Of a stretch of 48,728 nucleotides of DNA, positions 8,681 through 22,248 are shown piece by piece. This stretch comes from Nannocystis sp. (lineage in GTDB: Bacteria; Myxococcota_A; Polyangia; Nannocystales; Nannocystaceae), in the NCBI GenBank assembly GCA_016712315.1, contig JADJRG010000022.1, positions 1,122,522 through 1,171,249 of the forward strand, written 5' to 3'. Every line of letters begins with the position of its first letter. The stretch's first letter is position 1. The position numbers were made by a program, and so were the translations under genes. Under the pieces are notes generated by a model. That model was not told the origin of the DNA and did not search any database. It was given only the letters and a program-made list of their open reading frames with translations.

Positions 8681-10054
8681 ATGCGACGCTACGACTACGA
8701 TCTCTTGACCATCGGCGCCGGTTCGGGCGGCGTCCGCGCCTCACGCCTCGCCGGCGCCGCAGGCGCGAGGGTCGCCGTCGCCGAGGATCGCCAGCTCGGC
8801 GGCACCTGCGTCAACCTCGGCTGCATCCCCAAGAAGCTGCTCGTCTACGCCGCTCACCTCCGCGAAGACCTCGAGGACGCCGCCGGCTACGGCTGGAGCG
8901 TGCCCCCCGCGAGCTTCGACTGGCCCGCCCTGATCGCCAACAAAGACCGCGAGCTCGCCCGCCTCGCGTTGATCTACGGCCGCCTGCTCGGCGACGCCGG
9001 CGTCGACGTCATCGACGGCCGCGCCCGCGTGGTCGACCCCCACACCGTCGAGGTCGCCGGCCGCTCGATCACCGCGGAGCGGATCTTGATCGCCACCGGC
9101 GGCTGGCCCGACCTGCCCGACCTACCCGGCGTCGAGCTCGCGATCACCTCCAACGAGGCCTTCCACCTCAAGACCCTGCCGCGGCGGGTCGCCGTCGTCG
9201 GCGCCGGCTACATCGGCGTCGAGTTCGCCGGGATCTTCCACGGCCTCGGCGCCCGCACCACCCTGCTCGGCCGCGGCCGCGGCCTGCTGCGCGGCTTCGA
9301 CGACGATCTGCGCGTCTTCCTCGCCGAGCAGCTCGCCGAAAAGGGCCTCGACCTGCGCTTTCACGCGCCCGTCCGCGCGATCGAGCGCCTCGGCGACGAC
9401 CTGCGCGTCGACTACGGCGACGGCCAGCACCTGCTCGTCGACGCCGTCCTGCTCGCCACCGGCCGCCGCCCCAACACCGCCGGGCTCGGGCTGACCGAGG
9501 CCGGCGTCGCCCTCACCGAGCGCGGCGCCGTCGTCGTCGACGATCATTTCTGCTCCAGCGTACCCAGCATCTTCGCGATCGGCGACGTCACCGATCAGCT
9601 CGCCCTCACCCCCGTCGCGATCGTGCACGGCGCCGCCTTCGCCCAGCGCCACTTCGGCGCCCCGGCCGCCCCGCTCCCCGATCTCACGCTCGCCCCCACC
9701 GCCGTCTTCTCGCAGCCTCCCCTCGCCGCCGTCGGCCTCAGCGAGCACGACGCGAGGCGCCAATACGGCGCCGTCCACGTCTACCAGAGCGCCTTTCGCC
9801 CCTTAAAAAACACCCTCTCGGGTCGCCGCGAGCGCACCTTCATGAAGCTCATCGTCGACCCGGTCAGCGACCGCGTGCTCGGCGTGCACATGGTCGGCGT
9901 CGACGCCCCTGAGATCATCCAGTCGCTCGCCGTCGCCCTCCGCTGCGGCGCCACCAAGGCCCAATTCGACGGCACCCTCGCCCTCCACCCCACCGCCGCC
10001 GAAGAGTTCGTGACCATGCGTCACCGTCGCGCCCCCACCGACGCCGATCGCTGA
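8681..10054 (+). CDS. gor: Glutathione-disulfide reductase
   Basis: It has the FAD site GAGSGG and the redox-active disulfide GGTCVNLGCIPKK. The C-terminal HPTAAEEFVTMR is identical to E. coli Gor, and the whole protein is collinear with Gor. Confidence 0.85.
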   Translation: MRRYDYDLLTIGAGSGGVRASRLAGAAGARVAVAEDRQLGGTCVNLGCIPKKLLVYAAHLREDLEDAAGYGWSVPPASFDWPALIANKDRELARLALIYGRLLGDAGVDVIDGRARVVDPHTVEVAGRSITAERILIATGGWPDLPDLPGVELAITSNEAFHLKTLPRRVAVVGAGYIGVEFAGIFHGLGARTTLLGRGRGLLRGFDDDLRVFLAEQLAEKGLDLRFHAPVRAIERLGDDLRVDYGDGQHLLVDAVLLATGRRPNTAGLGLTEAGVALTERGAVVVDDHFCSSVPSIFAIGDVTDQLALTPVAIVHGAAFAQRHFGAPAAPLPDLTLAPTAVFSQPPLAAVGLSEHDARRQYGAVHVYQSAFRPLKNTLSGRRERTFMKLIVDPVSDRVLGVHMVGVDAPEIIQSLAVALRCGATKAQFDGTLALHPTAAEEFVTMRHRRAPTDADR

Positions 10055-10070
10055 GCCGTCGACGCGTCGC

Positions 10071-12263
10071 TCAGGGATCCAGCCCGACGCCCGCCGTCTC
10101 ACACAGCGCCCGCATCACCGCCTGCGATCCCGCCGGCAAGTGGCGGTAGCTCCAACGAGCCATATCCACGTCCCCGAGCCGACACGCGCTGCGCCCCATC
10201 ACCTCCAGCGCCCCCGTCGTCCGCGCCCGCTCGTAGCTCTCGCTCGCCAGCCGGAACGCCGCCTTCATATCGCCGGACTGCTCGGAGATCTTCGCCTGCT
10301 GCAACAGCTCCTCCGCGATCTTCGCCTCAGCCGACAGCGGCGCGATCGCGGGGCGCGGCGGCTCGTTCACCGGCGGCGCGCTCACCTGCCCGGAGGCCGG
10401 GCCTGGCAGCCTGATCACCCCGCTGACGAACAGCCCGATCACGACCACCGCCGCCAAGAGCGAGCTCCACAGCAGCGCGCCCTTCACCGCCCCGCCCGCG
10501 CCCGGCCCCGCCTGCGCCGCCGCGCTACCAGCCCCTTGGGACCTGTCCAAAGAACCAGCCTGAACAGGCGCCGCGCCGAGCCGCGGCTCGACCCTCGCGC
10601 CCGCGCCTGAGCCGGCTGCGGCCGGCGGCGCCGCCTGCGGGCGCGCGACCGCGCTCGCCGACGCCCCAGCGTTCACCCTACGCGTCGCCGCGTCGGTCTC
10701 CGGCCCCTCGAGCTCCGCCGACGAGCGCCCCGCGGGCCGCCCCTCCGCCCTCACGCCCTCCGCCGCCGCCGGCTCGCCCAGCTCCACCGACGAGCGCCCC
10801 CGCCGGATCGTCGACGACCCGCCCGGCTCGACGCGTCGACGCAGCCCCGAGCCCGCCGCCCCGCCGTCCTCCGGCACCAAGAGGGGCCTGCGGGTGATCA
10901 CCGTGTCCGCCGTGCGTCGCGGCTTGTCCGCCCCATCGCTCGCGCGCGGCCCGACGTCGTGGGCTCGCAGCGCCGTCGCGCTCCGCTCCGCCTCCGCCTC
11001 ACGCGCCGCCTCGACCGCCTCCGCCGCCGCCTCCTCCAGCGGGCTCAGCGCGCGCTCCACCGCCGCCGGCGCCGCGACCTGAGCCTTCGGCGCTGCGGCG
11101 GGTGGAGGCGCCGCGGGCGGCGGCGGCGGGCTCGGCCGCTCCACCACCTGCGGCTGCGCGCCCCCACCGCTCGCCCCCACCGCCATCGGCCCTGAGCGCT
11201 CCGAAGGCCACCGCTCTTGCCCGCTAGGGTCGCGCACCACCATGCCCGAGCGCACCTGTCGCCCCGAGCGTGTCAGCGTCGCGCTGCCTCTTGGGACAGC
11301 ATCCTCCGCGGCGCTCGCCGCCGCCGGCCCCGTCGACGCCCGCGTCAGCGCCTCCACCAGCGCCCCGAGCCCTTGAAAGCGCTCCTCCGGCTTCTTCGCC
11401 AGCGCCCGCCCGATCACCGCCTCCACCCGCGGCGGCACCCAGCCGCGCGGCACCAGCTCGCGCAGCGGCGGCGGCGGGCTCATCAAGTGCATCGCCTCCA
11501 GCCGGGCCACGTTCGGGTCATCGAACGGCAGCCGCCCGCTCAGCAGCTCGTACATGATCACCCCGACCGCGTACACATCGGCGCGCAGATCCACCTTCTC
11601 GCCCGCGCTCAGCTCTGGCGCCCCGTAGCGGGCCAAGCTGCGCACGTGCTCCCCGCCCTCGCGCCACATCCGGCGCACCACCACCTCATCGATCCCCGAG
11701 TTGATGATCTTGATCGTCGCCTCGCTGCCCTCGCCGCGCATCGCGTAGCAGTTGCTCGCCTGCAAGGTGCCCAGCGCCGGCGCCTGCCCCAGCGCGATCA
11801 TCTCGCCGTGGTACGCCCCGATCACCTCCGCGATCCGGATCAGCGGCGTCTTCGCCTGCGCCCAGCTGAGGCGGCCGCGCCGCGCCAGCAGCCCCGCCAA
11901 GCTCTCGCCGCCGACCAGCGGCATCACCACATACAAGTCGTCGTTCGCGAGCGAGCCCACGTCGGTGATGTCGACGATCGAGTCCAGCGCTGAACCTGGC
12001 GCTCGGGGCAGCCGCATATTTCGCTGGAGGCGCGCCTGCAAGAACGCGATCGTCCGCTCCTCGAACGACAGCTCCGGGATGAGCACCTTGACGATCACCC
12101 GCCCCCGCGTCGCCGCGTCTTCGGCCAGGTACACCGCCCCCGTCGTGCCGTCCGCCAGGTGACGCAGCACGCGGTAGCGGTTGGCCAAGCGCTGGCCGAC
12201 GACGGTAGGCGCGACCATCGGCCGCCAGGATACCCGCACTCGGCCCGCGAGCCTACGCGCCAA
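10071..12263 (-). CDS. Membrane-anchored Ser/Thr-kinase-like protein, predicted pseudokinase, with a periplasmic TPR-like C-terminal domain
   Basis: The kinase fold is recognisable: a glycine loop, VIVK lysine, APE (YGAPELS) and DVYAVGVIMYELLSG. The catalytic-loop HRD is replaced by HGE and DFG is replaced by NSG. A Pro/Ala-rich linker, one TM helix and a helical C-terminal domain follow. The start may be the internal Met, which would shorten it to 12218. Confidence 0.7.
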   Translation of the reverse strand: MARRLAGRVRVSWRPMVAPTVVGQRLANRYRVLRHLADGTTGAVYLAEDAATRGRVIVKVLIPELSFEERTIAFLQARLQRNMRLPRAPGSALDSIVDITDVGSLANDDLYVVMPLVGGESLAGLLARRGRLSWAQAKTPLIRIAEVIGAYHGEMIALGQAPALGTLQASNCYAMRGEGSEATIKIINSGIDEVVVRRMWREGGEHVRSLARYGAPELSAGEKVDLRADVYAVGVIMYELLSGRLPFDDPNVARLEAMHLMSPPPPLRELVPRGWVPPRVEAVIGRALAKKPEERFQGLGALVEALTRASTGPAAASAAEDAVPRGSATLTRSGRQVRSGMVVRDPSGQERWPSERSGPMAVGASGGGAQPQVVERPSPPPPPAAPPPAAAPKAQVAAPAAVERALSPLEEAAAEAVEAAREAEAERSATALRAHDVGPRASDGADKPRRTADTVITRRPLLVPEDGGAAGSGLRRRVEPGGSSTIRRGRSSVELGEPAAAEGVRAEGRPAGRSSAELEGPETDAATRRVNAGASASAVARPQAAPPAAAGSGAGARVEPRLGAAPVQAGSLDRSQGAGSAAAQAGPGAGGAVKGALLWSSLLAAVVVIGLFVSGVIRLPGPASGQVSAPPVNEPPRPAIAPLSAEAKIAEELLQQAKISEQSGDMKAAFRLASESYERARTTGALEVMGRSACRLGDVDMARWSYRHLPAGSQAVMRALCETAGVGLDP

Positions 12264-12310
12264 AACGAGCCCGATCCGCGCACGAGCGCGCCAATTCCCC
12301 CGAACGACGC

Positions 12311-12350
12311 AAAAAACCGAGGGCCCGGCGCGCGCGCGCTGAGCCCTCGG
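12311..12350 (-). terminator. Rho-independent terminator for the minus-strand lipoprotein gene (ccgagggc ... gccctcgg followed by T6 on the minus strand)
   Basis: The plus strand shows aaaaaa followed by an 8-bp GC-rich inverted repeat, immediately downstream of the 12372 stop. Confidence 0.45.
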
Positions 12351-12371
12351 TCGAAGCCGAACCGTCCGCCG

Positions 12372-13397
12372 CTACAGCGAGGTCGGGACGTTCCGGATCG
12401 CGATCAACGCGGTCGGGTAGTCGTCGAAGAGATCGCCGTCGTTGTCCGCGTCGACGCAGCCGTCGCTGCTCAAGCTCTTCCCCTTCAACGCCGCCTTCGA
12501 GATGATCTGCGCGCGCGTGAAGTTGGTCTTACGCGGCGTGCTGATGCACACCACGCCGTTCTCGTTGTACAGCGCCTCGACGCCCCATGAGGTGCCCGGC
12601 ACCTGCATACCCAGGCGATCATAGATGTCGATCGCCGTGCCATTCGAGGTGTGCGGCCCCCCATCACCGACGTAGTCGGCCCGCTTCGCCCGCGTGCACG
12701 CTTGGTGATAGGCGCTCAGCGAGTGGCCGTTGAAGGTCGCCCCGGGCACATACCCCCAGCCCGCGCAGTCGCCCAGCGCCGCGCCCAGGCACGCCCACGT
12801 CGACGCGTCGCTGCTCGACGAGATCTTGTCCCCCGTCGCGACGTCCCAGTCGCCCTGGAGCGACACCGCCGGCGCGTTGTTCTCGCACACATTCACCCAG
12901 CTACCGCTCGGCAGCTCCCGCTGCTCGATCAAAAGCCCATCCACCGACACGCCGCTGGGCGTGGCGATCGGCGAGACGCTGGTCAACCGGAACTCGACTG
13001 GCGTGAGCACCCCATCGACCAGGATGTCGGCATCGAGCACAGCCCCTTCGAGGTCGGGCCCGACCTTCTCCTGCCCCTGTTGGGTCAGCGCACGGATCTG
13101 ATTCCCGATCATCGACGGGTCGACCAGATCCTCACCGTTCCAGCGCACCCCGTTCCAGCGCACGCCGTTCCAGCGCACCCCGTTCCAGCGCACCCCGTTC
13201 CAGCGCACCCCGTTCCAGCGCACCCCGTTGTTCTCCACCCCGTTGTCCTGGATGTTTCGCCAGCTGATCCGCCCCTCTTCGTCGAGGAAGTCGGTCATGC
13301 TGCTCCCGTCCTCCGCGATGCCGTGTAGATCCGGATCACAGCCGAAGAGCAGCGTCGTCCCCACGAGCGCCACCAGACTCTTAATTTGATGCATCAT
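12372..13397 (-). CDS. Lipoprotein with an N-terminal (W-N-G-V-R)n pentapeptide tandem repeat and a C-terminal ADYC-like domain
   Basis: The start codons are MMHQIKSLVALVGTTLLFGC, a lipobox. Seven or eight consecutive NGVRW pentapeptides are encoded by a 15-bp DNA tandem repeat. The C-terminus has ...RADYVGDGGPHTSNGTAIDIYDRLG, recalling the myxobacterial ADYC domain. GC content is lower than the neighbours. Confidence 0.65.
   Translation of the reverse strand: MMHQIKSLVALVGTTLLFGCDPDLHGIAEDGSSMTDFLDEEGRISWRNIQDNGVENNGVRWNGVRWNGVRWNGVRWNGVRWNGVRWNGEDLVDPSMIGNQIRALTQQGQEKVGPDLEGAVLDADILVDGVLTPVEFRLTSVSPIATPSGVSVDGLLIEQRELPSGSWVNVCENNAPAVSLQGDWDVATGDKISSSSDASTWACLGAALGDCAGWGYVPGATFNGHSLSAYHQACTRAKRADYVGDGGPHTSNGTAIDIYDRLGMQVPGTSWGVEALYNENGVVCISTPRKTNFTRAQIISKAALKGKSLSSDGCVDADNDGDLFDDYPTALIAIRNVPTSL
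13135..13254. repeat. Perfect and near-perfect 15-bp tandem repeat (ccgttccagcgcacc, about 8 units) inside the CDS
   Basis: Read directly from the sequence. It encodes the WNGVR pentapeptide repeats. Confidence 0.8.
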
Positions 13398-13582
13398 GCC
13401 GTCATCTCCCCGAGGCCAACCTATCACAATCGTGGTGTAGGTGAGGTGAAGGAATTTCTTGAGATATGAGCAAGGCGCCCACTCATCGCCCACTCATCGC
13501 CCACGCACCGCCCACGCACCGCCCACGAACCGCCCGCTCGCCGCCCGCTTACCACCCGCTTACAGCGGACCCGCTCCGCCCG

Positions 13583-17548
<3,966 letters not shown>

Positions 17549-17756
17549 AATTCTTCAAATCCAATACCACAGGACCCCTCACGCTGAGCCGCGCATTCGC
17601 TGACCCATCGGGCCTCTCGCGCGCAGAACTCTGCCCGCGTCCTCAGCCCGAAATCGCCCGCGGCATCGCCCTGGACGCCCGCCCAGCGCCCGCGAGATCA
17701 CCAGCGCACCCCGAAGCGCGCGCGAACGTGCAGCTACAAGCACCGAGCGCCGCGCC

Positions 17757-20030
17757 TCAGCGGCCGCTCACCGTCGCGAGCGCCTCTGCCAGCGCCTCGG
17801 GGCGGATCGGCTTGGCGATCACGGCGTCGAAGCCGCCCTCCAAGTAGCCCTGGACCTGCTGGTGCATCGCGTTCGCCGTGACCGCGATCGCCGGGGCCGG
17901 TCGTCGCCCGCTCGCCAGCTCCCGCGCCCGGATCACCTGCAGCGCCTCGAGGCCGTCCATATCGGGCATGGAGATGTCCAGCAGCAGCGCGTCGTAGCCG
18001 CCCTCCAGAGCGCGCTCGACCGCGGCGCGGCCGTCGTTCACCATCCTCGTCGTCACGCCGAGCTTCTCGAGCATCGCCCGCAGGACGATCCGGTTGATCT
18101 CGTTGTCGTCCACCGCCAGCACCCGCATCCCCTTCAGCCGGAGATCCACCGCCAGCGGCGCGGCCACCGGCGCGCGCGTGAGCTCCGGCGCCCCCATCAG
18201 CGGCACCTCCACGCGCACGCACGTGCCCACGCCGACGCGGCTCTCGATCGCGATCGTACCGCCCATCAGGAGCACCAAGCGGCGCACGATCGACATCCCC
18301 AGGCCGGTCCCGCCGAAGCGCCGCGTCACCGAGCTGTCGGCCTGCTCGAACTCCTCGAACACCCTCGCCACCTGCGCCTCGGTCATCCCGATCCCCGTGT
18401 CTTGCACCTCGATCCGCAGCGGCCGGCCCGCGTCGCAGCGCAGCGTCACCGTCACCGAGCCGCGCTCCGTGAACTTGATCGCGTTGCTCAGCAGGTTGTG
18501 CAGGATCTGCAAGAGTCGGTGCGGATCACCGAGCCGCGGCCGCTCCGCGCCGAGCGTCGTCAACACCGAGAGCGACAGGTTCTTCTCCGCCGCCTTCAGG
18601 CTGTGCACCGACTCCACCTTCCGGGCCAGCTCGAGCGGCGTGAACGGCACCGACTCCAGCTCCAGCTTGCCCGCCTCGATCTTCGACATATCGAGCAGGT
18701 CGTTGATGATATTCAGCACCACCGATCCCGACTCGCGGATCACCGCCAGCATCTGCTTGTGCCCCGGGTCGGAGAGCGAGTGATCGAGCACCTCGGCCAT
18801 GCCGATCACCCCGTTCATCGGCGTCCGGATCTCGTGGCTCATATTCGCCAAGAACGCCGACTTCGCGCGGCTCGCCTGCTCCGCCCGCTCCAGGGCCGCC
18901 CGCAGCGCCTCTTCGGCGAGCCGGCGGTCGGTGATGTCGCGCGCCAGCATCACGTACTCCGCCAGCCCTGGCCCCGCCGCCTGCCTGCGCCGCACCGACA
19001 GCTCGAACCACCGCGGCCCCGCCTCGAGGTCCAGGCGGTATTGTTGGCCGGTCGAGCGCCCGTTCTCGGCCGCCTCACGCATCGCCGCGCGGCCGACCGC
19101 CGCCACCGTCGGCGGCACCGCCTCCTCGAGCATCAGCCCCAGGAACACCTCCGGAGGCGCCGCGAGCAGCTCCGTCGAGCCTGAGTGCCAGCCGACGAAG
19201 CGCCCCTCCGCGTCGAGCTCGAGCAGCACGTCTGGGATCGCGTCGAGCGTCGCCTGCAAGCGGTTGCGCGCGGCGAGCAGCGCCTCATCCGCCCCTCGGC
19301 GCGCCGTCACGTCTTGAAACGTCCCGAAGGCGCGCACCACCTTGCCGCCCCGCAGCTCCGCCGCCGCGGTCATACGCACCCACAGCGCCCGCCCCTTCGC
19401 TGTCACGAACGGCAGCTCGAGATCGAAGGGCTCCCCGCGCGCCAGCAGCTCCGCCAGCGCCGACCGGAGCTGCTCCTGCGCCGCGGGCGCGAAGAAGCGC
19501 AGCGTATCCTCGATCTGCGGCCACATCGTCGACGCGTCGGTCTCATGGATCGCGTGGGTCACCGACGACCAGAACACCTCACCTGTGTCGAGGTCCAGCT
19601 CCCAGCTGCCGACCCCGCTCACCGCCTCGATCTCCGCCTGCAACATCGACTGGCGGCTCGCCTCGGTGACATCGCGGACCGTCGCGAAGATCAGCCCCTC
19701 CTCGAGCCGCACCACCGCGCACCACTCCAAGCGCCGGTAGCTGCCCGTCTTGTGGCGGTAGCGGTTGGTGAAGCGCAGCACCGTCTCACCGCGCCCGAGC
19801 GCGCTCGCGGCCGCGATCGTCGCCGGCACGTCGTCCGGGTGCACCAGCTCGAGGTAGGGCCGCGCCTGCAGCTCCGCGGGCGTCCACCCGAGCGCCCGCT
19901 CCCACGCCGGGTTGACCACCCGGATGTAGCCCGCGGTGTCAGCGATACACAGCAGGTCGACCGCCAGCTCAAAGAAGCGCTCGAACGAGGGGCGCGGCCG
20001 AGGCTCTGTCCGTTCCGTTGGGCGCACCAT
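17757..20030 (-). CDS. Hybrid sensor histidine kinase/response regulator (PAS-PAS-HisKA-HATPase-REC)
   Basis: The H-box is SHEIRTPMNGVIGMAEVL. The HATPase N/G boxes are LLSNAIKFT and GGTGLGMSIV. The C-terminal receiver is VLAVDDNEINRIVL...LLLDISMPDMDG...KP. Confidence 0.9.
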   Translation of the reverse strand: MVRPTERTEPRPRPSFERFFELAVDLLCIADTAGYIRVVNPAWERALGWTPAELQARPYLELVHPDDVPATIAAASALGRGETVLRFTNRYRHKTGSYRRLEWCAVVRLEEGLIFATVRDVTEASRQSMLQAEIEAVSGVGSWELDLDTGEVFWSSVTHAIHETDASTMWPQIEDTLRFFAPAAQEQLRSALAELLARGEPFDLELPFVTAKGRALWVRMTAAAELRGGKVVRAFGTFQDVTARRGADEALLAARNRLQATLDAIPDVLLELDAEGRFVGWHSGSTELLAAPPEVFLGLMLEEAVPPTVAAVGRAAMREAAENGRSTGQQYRLDLEAGPRWFELSVRRRQAAGPGLAEYVMLARDITDRRLAEEALRAALERAEQASRAKSAFLANMSHEIRTPMNGVIGMAEVLDHSLSDPGHKQMLAVIRESGSVVLNIINDLLDMSKIEAGKLELESVPFTPLELARKVESVHSLKAAEKNLSLSVLTTLGAERPRLGDPHRLLQILHNLLSNAIKFTERGSVTVTLRCDAGRPLRIEVQDTGIGMTEAQVARVFEEFEQADSSVTRRFGGTGLGMSIVRRLVLLMGGTIAIESRVGVGTCVRVEVPLMGAPELTRAPVAAPLAVDLRLKGMRVLAVDDNEINRIVLRAMLEKLGVTTRMVNDGRAAVERALEGGYDALLLDISMPDMDGLEALQVIRARELASGRRPAPAIAVTANAMHQQVQGYLEGGFDAVIAKPIRPEALAEALATVSGR

Positions 20031-20167
20031 CGCGGGCTCGACCCTCAGTGTAGACCACGCCTCACCCGCCTCGCGCCATCAACGCCGCCCGCGAGCAAGA
20101 GGGCGCCGAGACCCCGCAAGTTTTACGCGCCGCCCCTGCTGGCCGCGTATGCCTTACTGGGGTCCGC

Positions 20168-20650
20168 ATGCACACCACGGACCTCACGAGCATCCCCACC
20201 GCCGCCGAGCTGATGAACCCAGCCGTGCACGCCCTCTCCGCCGACGAGCAGCTCATCGACGCCGCCCAGAACATCCTCGCCCACGGCTACTCCTGCGCGC
20301 CCGTCGTCGAGGGGGAGCGCGTCGTCGGCGTGCTCTCCGAGCGCGACGCGATCCGCGAGTACGCCGCGGTCGCCTTCCACGGCGCGCGCGGCGGCGTCGT
20401 CCGCGACGCCATGAGCGAGGCGGTCACCGTCGCCCCGAGCGACGGCCTCTTTCAGCTCGTCGATCACTTCACCCAGCGCGACGTCCGCCGCGTCTTCGTC
20501 ATCGCCGAGGACGGCCGCTTGCTCGGCCTCATCACCCGCAGCGACGTCCTGCGCCGCCTCGAGGCGATGCGCGCCGAGCGCGAGCGCGCCCCTCACGCCT
20601 CAACCTACGACACGATCGCCGCCCAGCACGCCCGGGACATGACCGAATAG
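20168..20650 (+). CDS. CBS-domain pair protein
   Basis: It has two CBS motifs (…HGYSCAPVVEGERVVGVLSERD… and …RVFVIAEDGRLLGLITRSDVLR…) in a 160-aa protein. Confidence 0.8.
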   Translation: MHTTDLTSIPTAAELMNPAVHALSADEQLIDAAQNILAHGYSCAPVVEGERVVGVLSERDAIREYAAVAFHGARGGVVRDAMSEAVTVAPSDGLFQLVDHFTQRDVRRVFVIAEDGRLLGLITRSDVLRRLEAMRAERERAPHASTYDTIAAQHARDMTE

Positions 20651-20687
20651 CCATGTCTCTTCAGCCATGGCCGTCCAGCCAGCGGCC

Positions 20688-21512
20688 TCACGCGACCGCC
20701 TGGCCGACGCTCGCCAGGTAGTCGCGCGCCATCGCCAGGTTGTTGTTCTGCCACGGGTGGAAGCTCGGCCGCAGGTACTCGCGGATCCCCCGCCCGAAGA
20801 CCCGCCGCGCGACCGGGTAGCGGCGCTGCATCGCCACGAACTGGCGCAGCCCCTCGCGCAGGCTCAGATCTGGCTCTTGGCGCAGCAGCATCGCCGTGCC
20901 CAGCGCCCAGAACCCGAGCAGCGTGATCGTCGCCATCACCATGCCCGCGGCGCGCACGGAGTAGCGCGGATCCACCGCCTTCAGCACGTCGAAGGCGACC
21001 GCCTTGTGCTCGATCTCCTCCGCCGCGTGCCACGCCAGCAGCGCCCGCAGCGAGGGGTGGGCCTGCCCGATCAGCCCGTCGTTCAGCGCGTTCTCGGCCA
21101 TCAACGCCGTATAGTGCTCGAGCGCGACCGTCACGCTCAGCCCCATCTTCGCCCCGAAGAGCCGCTCCAGCCCCTTGTACGCGATCCGCTCGTAGAGGCG
21201 GAGGAAGCCCTGGATCTCGATCCCTTGCGCCTCCATCACCGCGAAGAAGCGCTCATGCTCGTGCGCGTGCCGCCCCTCTTGGCCGAAGAACCCCTTCACC
21301 TGCGCCCGCAGCGTCGGCTCCTCGATCTGCTCGAAGTAGTGGCGGACGCTGCGGACGAAGAAGCGCTCGCCCATCGGGAACACCAGGTTCAGCGCGTTCG
21401 CCATCGCCGTCGGCACCGCCAGCCCTGCCAGCCAATGGCGCGGGATCTCATCGAATCGAAAGTCCATCGTACGCGGGCGGATCGCCCCGAGATCAGCAGG
21501 TTCACGGCTCAT
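20688..21512 (-). CDS. Predicted metal-dependent hydrolase (PF10118-like)
   Basis: It has the conserved EExxH/HAAEEIEHK-type motifs and helical membrane-associated segments. It is divergent from a TetR regulator. Confidence 0.65.
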   Translation of the reverse strand: MSREPADLGAIRPRTMDFRFDEIPRHWLAGLAVPTAMANALNLVFPMGERFFVRSVRHYFEQIEEPTLRAQVKGFFGQEGRHAHEHERFFAVMEAQGIEIQGFLRLYERIAYKGLERLFGAKMGLSVTVALEHYTALMAENALNDGLIGQAHPSLRALLAWHAAEEIEHKAVAFDVLKAVDPRYSVRAAGMVMATITLLGFWALGTAMLLRQEPDLSLREGLRQFVAMQRRYPVARRVFGRGIREYLRPSFHPWQNNNLAMARDYLASVGQAVA

Positions 21513-21627
21513 CGCGGCCTCCTCGAAGCCTCGACCCTACCACCTATTGAACACCAGTCAATAGCCTCAACACCCCACGGCTGCGCCGCAGGGGCGCCAC
21601 GCGGGCCAACTCCGCTATGCTCGGCGC

Positions 21628-22248
21628 GTGCCCGCACAAGCTCGAAAGCGCGCCTCTTCGCGCAGCCGCCTCGCGGTCGACGAGCGCCGCAACCAGCTCT
21701 TGGAGCTCGGCCTGCGGCTCTTCGCCGACGTGCCCTACGACGAGCTCTCGATCGACGCGATCGCCCACGCCGCCGGCGTCTCCAAGGGCCTGCTCTACCA
21801 CTACTTCCCTGGCAAGCGGGAGTACTACATCGAGACCGTGCGCCTCGCCGCCGAGCGCCTGCTCGCCGACGCCGAGCTCACCGCCGCCGGCCCGCCCTCC
21901 CCGGAGCTGCTCGCCCGCGCCCTCGACACCTACCTCGACTTCGCCCTGCGGCACGCCGGCGCCTACACCACCCTGATGCGCGGCGGAGGCCTCGGCGCCG
22001 ACCCTGAGGTCGCCGCGATCATCGGCGCCACCCGCAGCGCCCTCATTGATCGCCTCCGCCTCCGCCTCGGCATCGAGGGCGACGATCCCCACCTCCTCGT
22101 CTTCCTGCGCGGCTGGATCGGCCTCGTCGAGCTCACCAGCCTCGAGTGGCTCGACCGCCCGAGCCTCGACCGCCACCAGCTCCGCGACCTCTGGGTGCGC
22201 CTCTTCGTCGCCGGCCTCGTCGCCGCCGCGCCGCCTAGCGCACCATGA
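21628..22248 (+). CDS. TetR/AcrR family transcriptional regulator
   Basis: The N-terminal TetR HTH is LSIDAIAHAAGVSKGLLYHYFPGKREYY. It is divergently arranged with the hydrolase gene. Confidence 0.85.
   Translation: MPAQARKRASSRSRLAVDERRNQLLELGLRLFADVPYDELSIDAIAHAAGVSKGLLYHYFPGKREYYIETVRLAAERLLADAELTAAGPPSPELLARALDTYLDFALRHAGAYTTLMRGGGLGADPEVAAIIGATRSALIDRLRLRLGIEGDDPHLLVFLRGWIGLVELTSLEWLDRPSLDRHQLRDLWVRLFVAGLVAAAPPSAP

Noticed and set aside
13135-13254. Tandem 15-bp repeats and the two-copy 33-bp repeat at 33450 as possible CRISPR
   Set aside because: The 15-bp units are contiguous with no spacers and lie in-frame inside a CDS. The 33-bp element has only two copies and no cas genes are nearby.
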